IMG/VR virus record: IMGVR_UViG_3300028048_000047
Span: 96,001-160,000 of that record
Reading direction: 5' to 3' (one strand)
DNA length: 64,000 nucleotides
Origin: a virus
Taxonomy: Duplodnaviria > Caudoviricetes
How positions within the stretch are numbered: position 1 is the first letter of the stretch; each line of letters opens with the position of its first letter. A program made the translations under genes and the position numbers. The notes below the pieces were generated by a model. That model was not told where the DNA came from. It saw only the letters and a program-made list of their open reading frames with translations, and ran no database searches. Of the stretch, positions 46,809 to 58,907 are shown piece after piece.

Positions 46809-47105
46809 ATGACTACAAATAAACGATTCAAAAATGTGGAAGAAAACTTGGAGTGGGGTACAGTACAATACTTCACATATCATGATGAAAAAATAACCGA
46901 TAAAGAAATTGAAAAATTAGTCAATCATTTATTAAATCAGAATGAGCAGTTAAAAAAAGAATTAAAAGTTTATCATGAAGTTGCAAGTTGCGGTAACTGT
47001 AAATATCATAACTATGACTGGTATGATGATGGAGATGAATTTGAAGTTTGCGATAATGGAAATGATGTAACTGATGGAATTTGTAAAGATTGGATGGAAT
47101 TATGA
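46809..47105 (+). CDS. array-family protein with CxxC tail shared with 55515
   Basis: C.NCKY..YDW..DGDEFE.C. Confidence 0.75.
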   Translation: MTTNKRFKNVEENLEWGTVQYFTYHDEKITDKEIEKLVNHLLNQNEQLKKELKVYHEVASCGNCKYHNYDWYDDGDEFEVCDNGNDVTDGICKDWMEL

Positions 47106-47506
47106 CTGAAAATAAACGATTTAAATTAGGATATGTTTGTGGAGATTATGGGTTAATTGATAATGATGAATGGATTGATTTACATTCAATGTCTGAAAAT
47201 TCTGAAAAGAATGTACAAATCTGTATAAACAAAATGAATGAGTTAGCAGATGAGAATGAGCAGTTAAAAAAAGAAAATAATATCTTAAAAGCATCAAATG
47301 GGGAATATGAAGATGCACTTGCAAGATTAGAAGAAGAAAATGAGCAGTTAAAACATCGTATTAAGAAGTTGCAAAATGATTTAAACAATTATTCAGAAAT
47401 TTTTAACGAATTAAATGGTCTTATAGATGAGAATGAGCAGTTAAAACAAGAGATTGAAACATTACATGAACAATTAACACATATTGATGGAGGTATGTTT
47501 GAATGA
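47102..47506 (+). CDS. array-family protein with three ENEQLK motifs
   Basis: Read directly. Confidence 0.75.
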   Translation: MTENKRFKLGYVCGDYGLIDNDEWIDLHSMSENSEKNVQICINKMNELADENEQLKKENNILKASNGEYEDALARLEEENEQLKHRIKKLQNDLNNYSEIFNELNGLIDENEQLKQEIETLHEQLTHIDGGMFE

Positions 47507-47704
47507 CAAGTAAACAATGTAATTCATGCAAACACCATATTCATGTTAAAGAATTAACAGAAGGATGTTTCTATGTTACAACTAAATTCATGAATAAGCG
47601 AAATTGTGATTTATATGAAAATGGGGAAATAAATCAAGCACATAAGGAATATTTTAAAAAAGTGGGGAAAGAATATCCTTTTACAGAAATAAGGTGAGAA
47701 TAAA

Positions 47705-48034
47705 ATGACTGAAAAACGATTTACATTAACTTTTGATGATAAAATAGTTGATAACTTAACTGGAATTATACACGAGGTTCATAGTGGATATGATGTTGCT
47801 ATGGATTTAAGTGGATTGTTGAATGATTTAAATGATGATAATGAGCAGTTAAAATCAATAATAAAAGAAGTTACTGAATTATTATCTGATGAAGTTGATT
47901 TATTCTCCGATAAAGCAACAGAACATGACCTTAATGCTTATATGGAATTAAATGAATTTGACAATAAAGATGCTTTTTATATGGCAACCGCTACAAAGAA
48001 AGCAATACGAATGTTAAAGGAGTTGCAAGAATGA
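47705..48034 (+). CDS. array-family protein (MTEKRF)
   Basis: IVDNLTG + LLNDLN. Confidence 0.75.
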   Translation: MTEKRFTLTFDDKIVDNLTGIIHEVHSGYDVAMDLSGLLNDLNDDNEQLKSIIKEVTELLSDEVDLFSDKATEHDLNAYMELNEFDNKDAFYMATATKKAIRMLKELQE

Positions 48035-48367
48035 GAAAAGGCGATTTAATTACTTTATTAAACAGTAACTTCACAGATGATGCAGAAATACGAATTGCAG
48101 AAAATCCTAAATGTTTAATGGTTGTTGAAGGATATATGGCAACTATGATAAATTTAGAAAAAGAATGGGAAACTGATGGGGAGTTAGAATGACTGAAAAA
48201 CGATTAGAATTACCTACTGGAATTCTTATAATTTTAGATAAAAAATTAGAATCTACACAAATGAGAGAAAAAGGTTTCATTAATGGAATAGGTAGGAAGA
48301 TTGTTACAGAATGTCATGTTGGAGAGGAAGTTTTTAGTAGATTAATAGAAGAATATGGGGATTTAGA

Positions 48368-48742
48368 ATGAGTGAAAAACGATTTACTGTTGAAGATGAT
48401 GATGCAGAAATATGGGAGGATGACTACTTCCTTGCAGTAGCATGCAACCGTACTAATACAAAGAATATTGCTAAAAAATTAAACAAACTTGCATATGGGA
48501 ATAAACAGTTAAAAAAACAATTAAGTGATGATTTTAATCAATTAAATTGTATAACTGTGCAGAAAAGTATTATTTCTGATTTAAAAAAAGAGAATGATGA
48601 GTTAAAAAAAGAGAATGATGAGTTAAAAACAGAATTATTTGAAGTAAGTAAAGAACTTTTATGGACAACAAGTGATGAAGTCGATAGAGTATTATGCTAT
48701 GAAGATGAAGTTGAAGAATTGAGAAAGGAGATATTTAAATGA
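48368..48742 (+). CDS. array-family protein (MSEKRF) with a 21-bp tandem heptad duplication (48581-48622)
   Basis: TTAAAAAAAGAGAATGATGAG x2. Confidence 0.75.
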   Translation: MSEKRFTVEDDDAEIWEDDYFLAVACNRTNTKNIAKKLNKLAYGNKQLKKQLSDDFNQLNCITVQKSIISDLKKENDELKKENDELKTELFEVSKELLWTTSDEVDRVLCYEDEVEELRKEIFK

Positions 48743-49084
48743 CTGGTAAATCTTGTTTCAATTGTAAACACTTTGAAATAAGAGATAATTTCTTTACAAG
48801 CACTGGTCAGAAAGGATTTATAACCGATTTAAAAAAATGTGGGTGGGAATATATGGTTTATAAGGATACAAAAGAAAATAGGAAATTTTTCAGTAATATC
48901 TACTGCAATACATGGGAGCTGAAACAATGACTGAAAAACGATTTGTTAAATACGATGGAAACAAGATTGTTGATTTAAAATATGAGGTTGCTTGGAGAAT
49001 AGGTATAGGGGATGTTGATTTATTACTTAAAATATTAAACAATGAAAAGGACATTGATGAACCGATAAAAAGAGAGGGATAGGA

Positions 49085-49376
49085 TTGAATAAACGATTTT
49101 GGTGGAATTGTAAACCATCTTGAAACAGACAGAAATCTTAGTGTAGCATTTTGTAGCAAAAATAATGATTTTTGTAGTAAAGGAAAATGTAATGAGATTA
49201 CTACCGACAAGAAAAGACAATGGTATCTTGAAGAAAATGAAAGGTTAAAACAATCCCATAATGAAGTAATTGAGCTTCTGCTTGATGGGATTGTTGAAAT
49301 GCACGATGGAAAAAGAGAGTATGCAGAAACACTATTTAATAAAGCGGATTAAATTATTGAAAGGGGATATTTTTGA
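49085..49376 (+). pseudogene. frameshifted MNKRF cassette
   Basis: Removing one C at ~49115 gives MNKRFWWNCKHLE..EENERLK; further TAA at 49350 before the TGA abutting the next start. Confidence 0.55.
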
Positions 49377-51534
49377 ATGAATGAAATTTCAATTGACATT
49401 ACAAAACTCAGCATTAAACCATACAATTGCACATATTATTGTCCTCGGACATTATTATCAAAAAGTAATTGCATCGGATATTGTCAAATGGGAAATAATG
49501 ATGTAAAATATTGTAAAGGTTCTTATTGTGAAGAATATGAGAAGAAGGAGGATTTTGAATGACTGAAAGAAGATTTATTTATACATTTAAGAAGAATGGT
49601 ACGATGGTTATTATTGATAAAAAAGATAATGTTTTAATTCGTGATAAATATCGTGCTTGTGATTATTTAAATAGGTTAAACAATGAGAATGAGCAGTTAA
49701 AAGAAGATTTAGATTATTATAAAAAAAGAATAAAAGAATTAGAAATTGAAAATCAAAGACAATCTGATGCAATTGATGGATTACAAGGATTTATAACCCA
49801 TTACGATTGGAGGATTTAGAATGACTGAAAAACAGTTTATATATAACAGGTGTGAAGATGGATTTTATGATATAATTGATATAAAAAACCATCATGCTTA
49901 TCCAATAGGTAATATGGAAATATTTATTATTGGAATTGTTGAATTATTAAATAATTTAGCAGAAAAAAATAAAAACTTGAAAAAAAAGAATGAGCAGTTA
50001 AAACAATTACTGTTACAATTCTATACAGAAGATGAAATTAATGCAGAGATGATTTGAATGATTTTGAAAGTTCTGATGAAATGGAGAAAATGGATTAAGA
50101 TTATGAGATACTGTTTAACAGTAAAAAATCTTATTTATGATTTTTTAGGGTGTTAAAATTGAATTTTTGGTGGAAATGTATTTATCTTCAATATCATAAT
50201 CATTTACCTTTGTGTATGAATCCTAATTTGTATATGACTAAGCGTAGGCGTGATTGTTTGATGAGTGATTGTGATTGTATGGTTTTTGAAGGTGAGCATA
50301 AAAGTATTATGAGGTGATTAGAATGACTGAAAAAAATGTTTCAAATGAAAAAATGACCGAAAAAAAATTTGTTGCAATGTATGTTGTTGATGGAGAGATG
50401 GCAATTGTTGATACTCACACTACAACTGCTTACTATACCATTGGTGAAATTGAAAAGTTATTGAATGAACAACAAGAAATTATTGTTAAACAAGCCCAAA
50501 AGTTAATAGAATTAGACAGATGGTAAAAAAGGGAGTTATGAAAATATGATGGAAAAGACAAAGTTAATTTTCAAAGATGATGTGATAAACGGATATAAAC
50601 ATTATATTAATTTTAAAAGAGATTTTAGTGGAGCATTAGCAGTATTTGAAAAATATATTTTACCAGCTTATGCGGATATTGGTATCGATGCAAATAATGA
50701 CTGGTTAATATTAACTCTTCAATATGATACTGAAATGGAAGATTATCTTGAAATATTAAAGCAAGATTGGAATTATTTAACTGAATTTTTGAATAATGAA
50801 GGTATCCAATTTTCATATCCATCAATGTATGATGATTGGAGCATGGTGATTCCAATTGATGATTTTGTTGAATGGGTGCTAAAAAATGACTGAACTATAC
50901 GGTAAACAATACTACTCTAATCTCATTACAGATAACATACAAGTACATTTAGTTAGAGTATTACTGCGACAAGATATGAATAATCAAATATGGAAAACAA
51001 TTTCATCAAAAATATCAGTAAAACCCACTTATAATAAAGAATGGATTACAAAAGAATTGGATTTAGATGACGATGAGATTACAGTTACAATAACTACCAA
51101 AAAAGGTAAAAAAATCGAGTTTACTAAAAAATTAGAAATATATACTCCTACTGATGAAGAGTTAAACGAATGGGATAATACTCATGATAAGAAATTTGTT
51201 AGTCGAATGAGATGTCCTCCTGCCGATGAGGTTGGTGGGAATACTGGGGTATTAAGGTGATTGTGAATGACTGAAAAACGATTTAAGCTTGTATATATTG
51301 ATGATGATGATGAATGGAGTTTATATGATTCTGTTGAGGGAAAATATTATAATATAGACCTTACAATGTATCAAAAGGAGATAGAAAGGTTAGAGAGAAA
51401 TCATAAAAACTTACATGAAAAATATGAAGAAATAGAAAGGAAATACAAAGAGTATTATCGTAAATATACTCAAATAAAGAATAATATCAATAGTGCGAAA
51501 CGAATTTATTTAAATTTGAAGGAGTGCTTTGAGA

Positions 51535-51849
51535 ATGGCTAAACGATTTAAAATTACTCAAAAGGGAGATTTGTTTACAGTTAGAGATGTTGTTGAAAAT
51601 AAACCTATGGGAGTATTTGAGTTTAAAGAAAATGAATTTCCAATATATGCTTGTTTTCATCGTATAATAGACTTGTTGAATGAGTTAAACGATGAGAATG
51701 AGCAGTTAGAAGAAGGATGGAAAAGATGTAGAGATTGGCTAAATTCTGATAAATATGATTATGAATTGACATTGGCATTTATCAAAAACAAAGGATATTC
51801 ATTAAAAGATGTGCTTGAATATGAAAAGGAGTTGAAGATGAATGACTGA
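51535..51849 (+). CDS. array-family protein (MAKRF)
   Basis: FIK.KGYSL tail shared with 52446. Confidence 0.75.
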   Translation: MAKRFKITQKGDLFTVRDVVENKPMGVFEFKENEFPIYACFHRIIDLLNELNDENEQLEEGWKRCRDWLNSDKYDYELTLAFIKNKGYSLKDVLEYEKELKMND

Positions 51850-52155
51850 ATTTTTAGTATCTTTTGAGTTATGGACAATTTTATATATTCTTATTCTTGT
51901 TCCACTTTGTACTTTTTTAATTGTTTTTGCTTATAGAATTGCAAAAAGTTTAGAAATAGGATTACTGGAACGATGGAATCGTAGAATTGTTAATCAAAAT
52001 AAAAAAGTGATTATGGAAAATATTAAAGTTTCAAATGAATTGATTGATATGCAGTATCAATTAAGAAAAGAATTAGAACTGACTAAAAAGGATTTAAAAA
52101 AATACGAAAGATGAAATTCAAACAGAATTGATGTAAAATAGGAGTTGCAAATGAA

Positions 52156-52449
52156 ATGGTTGAAAAACGATTTGAATATAATGTGAATAAGAACAGTATT
52201 GAATATGATGGGAAACATTTCACATACTGCAATGTGGAACAGTCAAAGATTGCAAAGAAGTTGAATGAGTTGCACGAAGAAAACAAGGAACTCAAACAAT
52301 TCAAAAAATCAGTATTTGCTTTGATAAATGAGAAAATAACATTTGTAAATGAATGTGAGAAGAATCATAACGATATTGGAATACCTCATGAATACTATCG
52401 TGGAGCAGATGAAATATTGAATTTATTAAAAAAGGAGTTAGTGGAATGA
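52156..52449 (+). CDS. array-family protein (MVEKRF)
   Basis: LNELHEENKELK. Confidence 0.75.
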   Translation: MVEKRFEYNVNKNSIEYDGKHFTYCNVEQSKIAKKLNELHEENKELKQFKKSVFALINEKITFVNECEKNHNDIGIPHEYYRGADEILNLLKKELVE

Positions 52450-52931
52450 CTGAAAAACGATTTAAAGAACAAAATCTTGAAAATCATTTGAATAGAATAT
52501 ATGATACTACAAAAGGGGGAGTTGTTTTTGATGAAGATATTGTTGATTTGTTGAATGAGTTACACGAAGAAAATCAAACATTAAAAAATAAGTATGAGAA
52601 ATTACGAAGGACTGGTGCAAGTCTTGGAGTAGAAAATGATGGATTAATATCTGAAAATTATGAGTTACAAAAAGAGAATGATGAATTAAAAAAAGAGATT
52701 ACTTCATTAAAAGTTGAATTAGATACACATAAACACCCATTATGGAGTACAAGAGAATCTGAAAGAATAGTTAATGAACTCAAACAAGAAAATGAGAAGT
52801 TAAAACAACAATTAACTCATTGTAGAAAACTGTTAAATGATGATTTAGATATTGCATTAGAGTTTATTAAACATAAAGGATATTCATTACAAGATTTAAA
52901 AGATTACGAAAAGGCGATGCAGAATGACTGA
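52446..52931 (+). CDS. mosaic array-family protein
   Basis: Modules shared with 40544 and 51535. Confidence 0.8.
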   Translation: MTEKRFKEQNLENHLNRIYDTTKGGVVFDEDIVDLLNELHEENQTLKNKYEKLRRTGASLGVENDGLISENYELQKENDELKKEITSLKVELDTHKHPLWSTRESERIVNELKQENEKLKQQLTHCRKLLNDDLDIALEFIKHKGYSLQDLKDYEKAMQND

Positions 52932-53355
52932 AAATAAACGATTTGGTTTTGAAATGGATAAAAACTGTTATAAATGTATTGTAGATATTCGTGATAAAAA
53001 ATTGTATACTGATAAAAAACAAGTTGTTGGTTTGTTAAATCAGTTAAATGATGAGAATGAGCAGTTAAAGACAATACGAAGCGATTTAATCTTTGAATTA
53101 GATATATTAATGCAAAACTGGGAAGCACTTGATAAAGAGAAAGATGAGCAACTTGATAAACAAAATCACACATTAAAAAAAATAAAAGGAGAAAATGAGC
53201 AGTTAAAACATAATAATAAAATGTTATCAATGAAAATGAGCGAAGTATATACTAAATATTGTTTATTAAATGAATTTAGTGATGATACAAATCCGAATGA
53301 TGCAGTTAAAAGAATTTTATCTGAATTAATGCAAATAACAAAAGAATATAGGTGA
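52924..53355 (+). CDS. array-family protein (MTENKRF)
   Basis: LNDENEQLK. Confidence 0.75.
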   Translation: MTENKRFGFEMDKNCYKCIVDIRDKKLYTDKKQVVGLLNQLNDENEQLKTIRSDLIFELDILMQNWEALDKEKDEQLDKQNHTLKKIKGENEQLKHNNKMLSMKMSEVYTKYCLLNEFSDDTNPNDAVKRILSELMQITKEYR

Positions 53356-53822
53356 TGATTTGAATGGCTGAAAAACGATTTAAAGTTACAAATATTTCCT
53401 CAAATGGTATGACAGGATTATTTTGGTTAGGAAAAGATAAGTTATCAGTATATGATGTGGTAAAGTTATTAAATGAATTATTTGAAGATGTAAAAAGATT
53501 GGAAGAAGAGAATGAGCAGTTAAAAAATCAGAATGAATTATTATCTGATGAATTAGAGCAATGTAAAGCAGTAATTGATTACCGATGGAGCGAATACTTA
53601 AAGAAAAAAGAGGAGCAAGAGAATGACTGAGAATAAACGATTTACTGTAAAACAATTAATCAAATATCTTGCAGATTTCAATCCTAATGCAGTGATAATG
53701 AATAATATTAATCCAAGTTGGTTTACTGGAATGGGAGAAGAACAAATAAGAAATATTGAAAATGAAAAATTGAATGCCTCAAAAGTATGGTTATTTGATG
53801 ATGATGAAGAGAGGTTTTGAAA

Positions 53823-54164
53823 ATGACTGAAAAAAGATGTACCGATTGTAAACATACAAAAGGAATAGGATATGATTTTTGGTGTGGTGAGGGTCATACT
53901 GAATATGAAGTTTTCGGAGCAGAAACAAACTGTCCGTATTATGAATACCATGATTGGAGTAAAGACACTCCAAGTAGAACTGAAAAACAATTATATGAGG
54001 TAATCAACAAAGAAGAACCACGAGGACAATCAGTAACTTATAAAGACATTCCTTGTACTACAAGAACTTGTGTTACACGATTAAATAAATTAACAGAAGA
54101 AAATGAACAATTACAAAAGAGAATAATGATATTACAAGATAAACTAAAAGGACTGATGAAATGA
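53823..54164 (+). CDS. Cys-rich cassette fused to a second head remnant (RTEKQ)
   Basis: CTDCKH..WCGEGH..RTEKQ..LTEENEQL. Confidence 0.7.
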   Translation: MTEKRCTDCKHTKGIGYDFWCGEGHTEYEVFGAETNCPYYEYHDWSKDTPSRTEKQLYEVINKEEPRGQSVTYKDIPCTTRTCVTRLNKLTEENEQLQKRIMILQDKLKGLMK

Positions 54165-54335
54165 CTGAAAAACGATTAAAATTATCTGATATTTTTGATG
54201 TTGAAATTGTATTACACGATGGGAAATTTTTTTATGAATTGGAATTTGAGGATTATGTTCTTGAACAACCATCTGATTTTCCAGTTAAAGCAGTATTGAA
54301 AAAAGGTAAATTTATAACAAAAAAAGAGGCATTAT

Positions 54336-54773
54336 ATGACTGAAAAACGATTTACTTGGAATAGTAAAGAAGTAGTGATTGATGATAATGTTACTGGAAA
54401 TCAATTAGAAGTGATGGATATTACTGAAATTGATGTACTTATTGATTTGTTGAATGAGTTAAATGATGAGAATAAGCAATTACGGAACGAAAAAGAACGA
54501 TATAAAAGATTAAGTGAAATTAGACAACAACAAATAGATAATCGTATTCTTACAATTAAAGAATTTATAGATGATTGTTCTGACAATAAAGTTAGAAGTG
54601 CATTAAAAGAGTTATTTTATTCAGAAGTAAATGAATATGATTTATCTTCGGAAAATAGAAAATTACTTAATGAGAATGAGCAGTTAAAAAAAGAATTAAA
54701 ATCTTTTAAACCAATTATTTTTGAGAGTGATGGGAAACCAGTTACATTATACAAAAAAGGTGATGTGGAATGA
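54336..54773 (+). CDS. array-family protein (MTEKRF)
   Basis: IDDNVTG + DLLNELNDEN. Confidence 0.75.
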   Translation: MTEKRFTWNSKEVVIDDNVTGNQLEVMDITEIDVLIDLLNELNDENKQLRNEKERYKRLSEIRQQQIDNRILTIKEFIDDCSDNKVRSALKELFYSEVNEYDLSSENRKLLNENEQLKKELKSFKPIIFESDGKPVTLYKKGDVE

Positions 54774-55102
54774 CTGAAAAAAGATTTATATATTGTTTTG
54801 AAGGGATTGAAGATAAATGGGAAACTGTGGAGGAATATAAATATACTCCTTGTACCAAAGATGGTTTTCAAGATTTATGTTATATGTTGAATGAGTTAAA
54901 CGATGAGAATGAACAGTTAAAACAAACTATATCTGATTGGATGGGTTCTTATGATGGATTGTATGAAGATGTAAAAAGATTAGAAAAAGAGAATGAGAAT
55001 TTTAAAAAAGCATTACGGATTGTATATTCAACAAAATTAACTGAACCTACCAAACATACTATTGAACAAATAGCAAAGCATTGCAGGGTTGATTTAGAAT
55101 GA
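54770..55102 (+). CDS. array-family protein (MTEKRF)
   Basis: EDVKRLE.ENE shared with 53364. Confidence 0.75.
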   Translation: MTEKRFIYCFEGIEDKWETVEEYKYTPCTKDGFQDLCYMLNELNDENEQLKQTISDWMGSYDGLYEDVKRLEKENENFKKALRIVYSTKLTEPTKHTIEQIAKHCRVDLE

Positions 55103-55514
55103 CTAATTTAGAAATGGATAGAAATGGTTATTATGTGTGCAATGGAGTTTCTTGTCCGAAATGTAAAGCACGATTAGAAGAGTGTAGAGAAGTAGCATAT
55201 GCTAATGGTGAAGTGTATAAAGAATTTGATTGTGTTGAATGTGATTTTACTGGGAGATTAAGAAAAGGTAATCTTTACATTGACTTATGATGGTGATGGA
55301 ATGGCTGAAAGATGGATTGGTGCAATAGAAACTTTTAATAAAAATCATCAAGATGTTGAAATTTGTTTGCCTGATGGGAAAATTATTTTTGATTGGGATA
55401 ATATTGAGAGTTATTTTAAATTAAAACAATTGATTTTTAATTTTGCTAAAAATGAATATGGGGAAAAAATTCGGCAAGATGACCCAGAAGAATGGATGTT
55501 GATAGGTGAATAAA

Positions 55515-55982
55515 ATGACTGAAAATAAACGATTTATAGTTAAGGATATATGGATTAAAGATAATTGTATTGGGACATTGTTGAATATTGATTTTAACAC
55601 TATTACTGATGCTAATTTATGTTGTGGTCTATTAAATCAGATTGAAAAAGAAAAGAGGAATAATGGTAAACTTGCAAGTAAATTATTAGAAAAGAATGAA
55701 CAGTTAAAATCCGAAATTGAAAAATTATCTTATACTAATGAAGATTTACTTGAAGAAAAAAGAATTTGGAAACAAATGTCAGATGAATACACAAAATTAT
55801 CTGATGATATTGAACAGTTAAAAAAAGAATTGAATATATATACAAGGATAGCAACTTGTAGTAATTGTAAATATCAAGATTATGACTGGTTTGAAGATGG
55901 TGATGAATTTGAAATTTGTAAAAAAGGAAATAATAATCAACAAATAGAATATCATATTTGCAAAGAATGGGAGGAATTTTGA
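55515..55982 (+). CDS. array-family protein (MTENKRF) with CxxC tail
   Basis: Tail shared with 46809. Confidence 0.75.
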   Translation: MTENKRFIVKDIWIKDNCIGTLLNIDFNTITDANLCCGLLNQIEKEKRNNGKLASKLLEKNEQLKSEIEKLSYTNEDLLEEKRIWKQMSDEYTKLSDDIEQLKKELNIYTRIATCSNCKYQDYDWFEDGDEFEICKKGNNNQQIEYHICKEWEEF

Positions 55983-56146
55983 AAATGACTGAAAATAATA
56001 AACGATTATGGTATATCATGTGTTATTGTAATGATAAAATTGAAGCAGAAAATAAAGATGAAGCATATACAATATTCTGTAAAAAACACAATTTTAAAGA
56101 AGAAAATGCACAATTTGTAAGTTATAGTAGAGTAAAGGTGGATTAA

Positions 56147-56623
56147 ATGACTGAAAAACGATATTATGAGAAAGAATACGGTGAAGAATATTATATTTTT
56201 GACTCTGAAATTTTAACTGAAAAAGACTTTGATGAAAAAATAGAATATGAAGGATATAAAACATTTGAAGATAGTTTAACTGGTGAAGAAATTGTTGATT
56301 TATTAAATAATAATGAAAAATTAAACCGAACAATACAAGAATTATACCAATTCCGATTATTATATAATGCACATTTATTCAATGAATGGGCAGAAAATGG
56401 GAAATATGAAGTTTATAAATCAAGGAAACATGATAATGGTGAAGAATGTTTTGATGGTGAATGGTTCATAGTTATAGCAATATTACCAACTGGACAAATA
56501 AGCAACCATTACCATATAAAAGATTGGGATTTATTCAAAATACCATCACTTGATAAAGTTAAAGATAAATTTGATGGTCATACATCAACTGATGTGTTGG
56601 ATAGATTAAAAAATCTATTATAA
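56147..56623 (+). CDS. array head module fused to a WDGH-type conserved phage domain
   Basis: ELY.FR..KSRKHD.G..WFIV..LPTGQISNHY..WDLF..FDGHT..DVLDRL. Confidence 0.7.
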   Translation: MTEKRYYEKEYGEEYYIFDSEILTEKDFDEKIEYEGYKTFEDSLTGEEIVDLLNNNEKLNRTIQELYQFRLLYNAHLFNEWAENGKYEVYKSRKHDNGEECFDGEWFIVIAILPTGQISNHYHIKDWDLFKIPSLDKVKDKFDGHTSTDVLDRLKNLL

Positions 56624-57416
56624 AATAATGGAGGTTAAATATTTATGAAGAAAAAAATAATTAAAAAAATGGAAGATGAATATGGAACATATTGTCCACA
56701 ATGGGGACATTATGAATTAGTATCTGAACCTTTTGAAAGGAGTATTGTGGTTAATAAAAATAAGAAACTAACAAGAGAAGAAATATTAGAACAGATATAT
56801 GAGCATATAAATGATGATATTATTGATGATGAAACTGCATTTTTAAGACACTTAATAATGAAATGGACTGGAAAACAATTTAAATGTAATGATTATGGTT
56901 TAAACTGTTTAAAATGCCCATATTGGAATCATTATACAAATTACTGTACAAAATATAAAATATATAGTGAAACTCATGAATGATAAAAAAATTGAAGTGG
57001 GAAATAAAACAAAACATTAATAAGAGTATTCAAAAAAAAAGAATTATTTGTGAAAAAGGAGATGGATGAAAATGTTGAAAAAACTGTATAGAATTAATAA
57101 AGATTATAAACAATTAAAAAAACAATTAAATGAACAAACATCAAAATCAGAAAATAATAATAAAACAGAAAAAATAAACATAACCCATAAGGAATTAGAA
57201 TACATCATACAGACTTTTAGAGATTTACATAATTTATCCTACTCCGAAACATTATTAATCAAAGACTTCTGCAACAACCTAAAAGAAGATAAAAATACAT
57301 TATTCCTCATACAAGAAGAAAAATGATTAAACCTCTATATTAATAAAAGTACAAATAATAATTTTTATTAATAAAATAAAAAAAAACACATACATATAAA
57401 AAAAATATATAAAATC

Positions 57417-57556
57417 GATGGACATACATCCAAAACTGATGTGTTGGATAGATTGAAAAATTCATTTATAAGTAATGGATGTTAATATTTATGAATAAAA
57501 AAAAATAATTAAAAAAATGGAAGATAAATATGGAACATATCATCCACCCAATGGGA
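57417..57556 (+). repeat. degenerate ~140-bp copy of 56573-56706
   Basis: Shared GATGG.CATACATC..ACTGATGTGTTGGATAGATT..AAAATGGAAGAT.AATATGGAACATAT. Confidence 0.8.
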
Positions 57557-57803
57557 GTTACAATTATGAGATTTAAATTAAAGAATCATGAATTGATGGA
57601 TTTGAAAACTGGTAAAATTTATATTAATAAAGATGAAGCAATGATAAATACGATAAATTTAATAGTTGATGAACTTGATAAACTGAATAAGGATAATAAA
57701 GAGTTAATGGGGTTAATAAATGATTTGTCGGAGGATTGTAGTCGACATTTAAATGATATTGATGAAAAAATTAATAATATTGATAAAAGATGGGTGAATG
57801 TGA

Positions 57804-58118
57804 ATGACTGAATTAACTGATAAAGAAAAAGCATTATTGATTTTGGAAAAATCAAGTGAAGAATTTACTAAATGTACAACAGAAATTAGAAAATTACAAG
57901 AATCATTATATGCTTTGAATTGTGCATTTGAAAATACAAGTAGACTACTTAATAGATACTTTAACGAAGAGGAAAACGGAGGCAATATTCATAAAAACTG
58001 TGAATGGTATAATCCTGAAAAAGATTATTGTAGTAATTATATGATGGGAAAGTATACTGGTTTGGCTTTTAATGTTTCAAAAAATAAGGAATGTATTAAG
58101 GATTTGGTGGATGAATGA
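57804..58118 (+). CDS. MTELTDKEKALLILEK protein, copy 1
   Basis: Paralog of 58408. Confidence 0.75.
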   Translation: MTELTDKEKALLILEKSSEEFTKCTTEIRKLQESLYALNCAFENTSRLLNRYFNEEENGGNIHKNCEWYNPEKDYCSNYMMGKYTGLAFNVSKNKECIKDLVDE

Positions 58119-58407
58119 CTGAAAAACGATTTTTTATTTTGAAAGATGAAAAATTTAAAGATGTTTTACCATGTATAAGGGATAGAAATTCAAAAATAGA
58201 TGATATTTATGGACATTATAAGTATGATGACATCGAACAAATATGTTTATTCTTAAATGAGCAAAATGATGAAATTGAAATGTTAAAATCTATTAAAAAA
58301 ATTATACAAAATTATAATACTAATGAATATAAGCATTCATCAGATGCTTTAACAGATATTATGGACATACTTGAAAAATAAATATCTAACTTTAAGGAGT
58401 GGTTTTT

Positions 58408-58725
58408 ATGACTGAATTAACTGATAAAGAAAAAGCATTACTCATATTAGAAAAAGCAAAAAATGCTTTCAATGAATGTGGTAAACAAGTAAGGGAAACT
58501 CAAACTGCTTTTAGGGGGGAATTAACATCAGCAGTTGAAACTGCAAATGATAATCTTAAAAGAGTCTTGAATGAAGAGGAAAATAATGGTAATATTCATA
58601 AAGATTGTAGATGGTATAATCCGAATAAGGATTCTTGTAGTAATTATATGATGGGGAAATATACTGGTTTGGCTTTTGAAGTAAGTAGACATGATAAATG
58701 TATTAAGGATTTGGTGAATGAATGA
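58408..58725 (+). CDS. MTELTDKEKALLILEK protein, copy 2
   Basis: Paralog of 57804. Confidence 0.75.
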   Translation: MTELTDKEKALLILEKAKNAFNECGKQVRETQTAFRGELTSAVETANDNLKRVLNEEENNGNIHKDCRWYNPNKDSCSNYMMGKYTGLAFEVSRHDKCIKDLVNE

Positions 58726-58907
58726 CTGAAAAAAGATTTACAATAGTTAATATGGGATTGAATGGACAATATATAAAAGAAAATGGAAAAATAATAACAA
58801 TAGAAAGAGTTGTCGATTTATTAAATGAGAACGAGCAGTTAAAGGATTTCATACGAAAAGAATTTCCCAAAAATATCATATAAACATATCCATTAGGAGG
58901 TTTTTGA

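Noticed and set aside
57338-57373. TATTAATAAAA/TTTTATTAATA inverted repeat
   Set aside because: Pure A/T in an A/T-rich tract; likely chance
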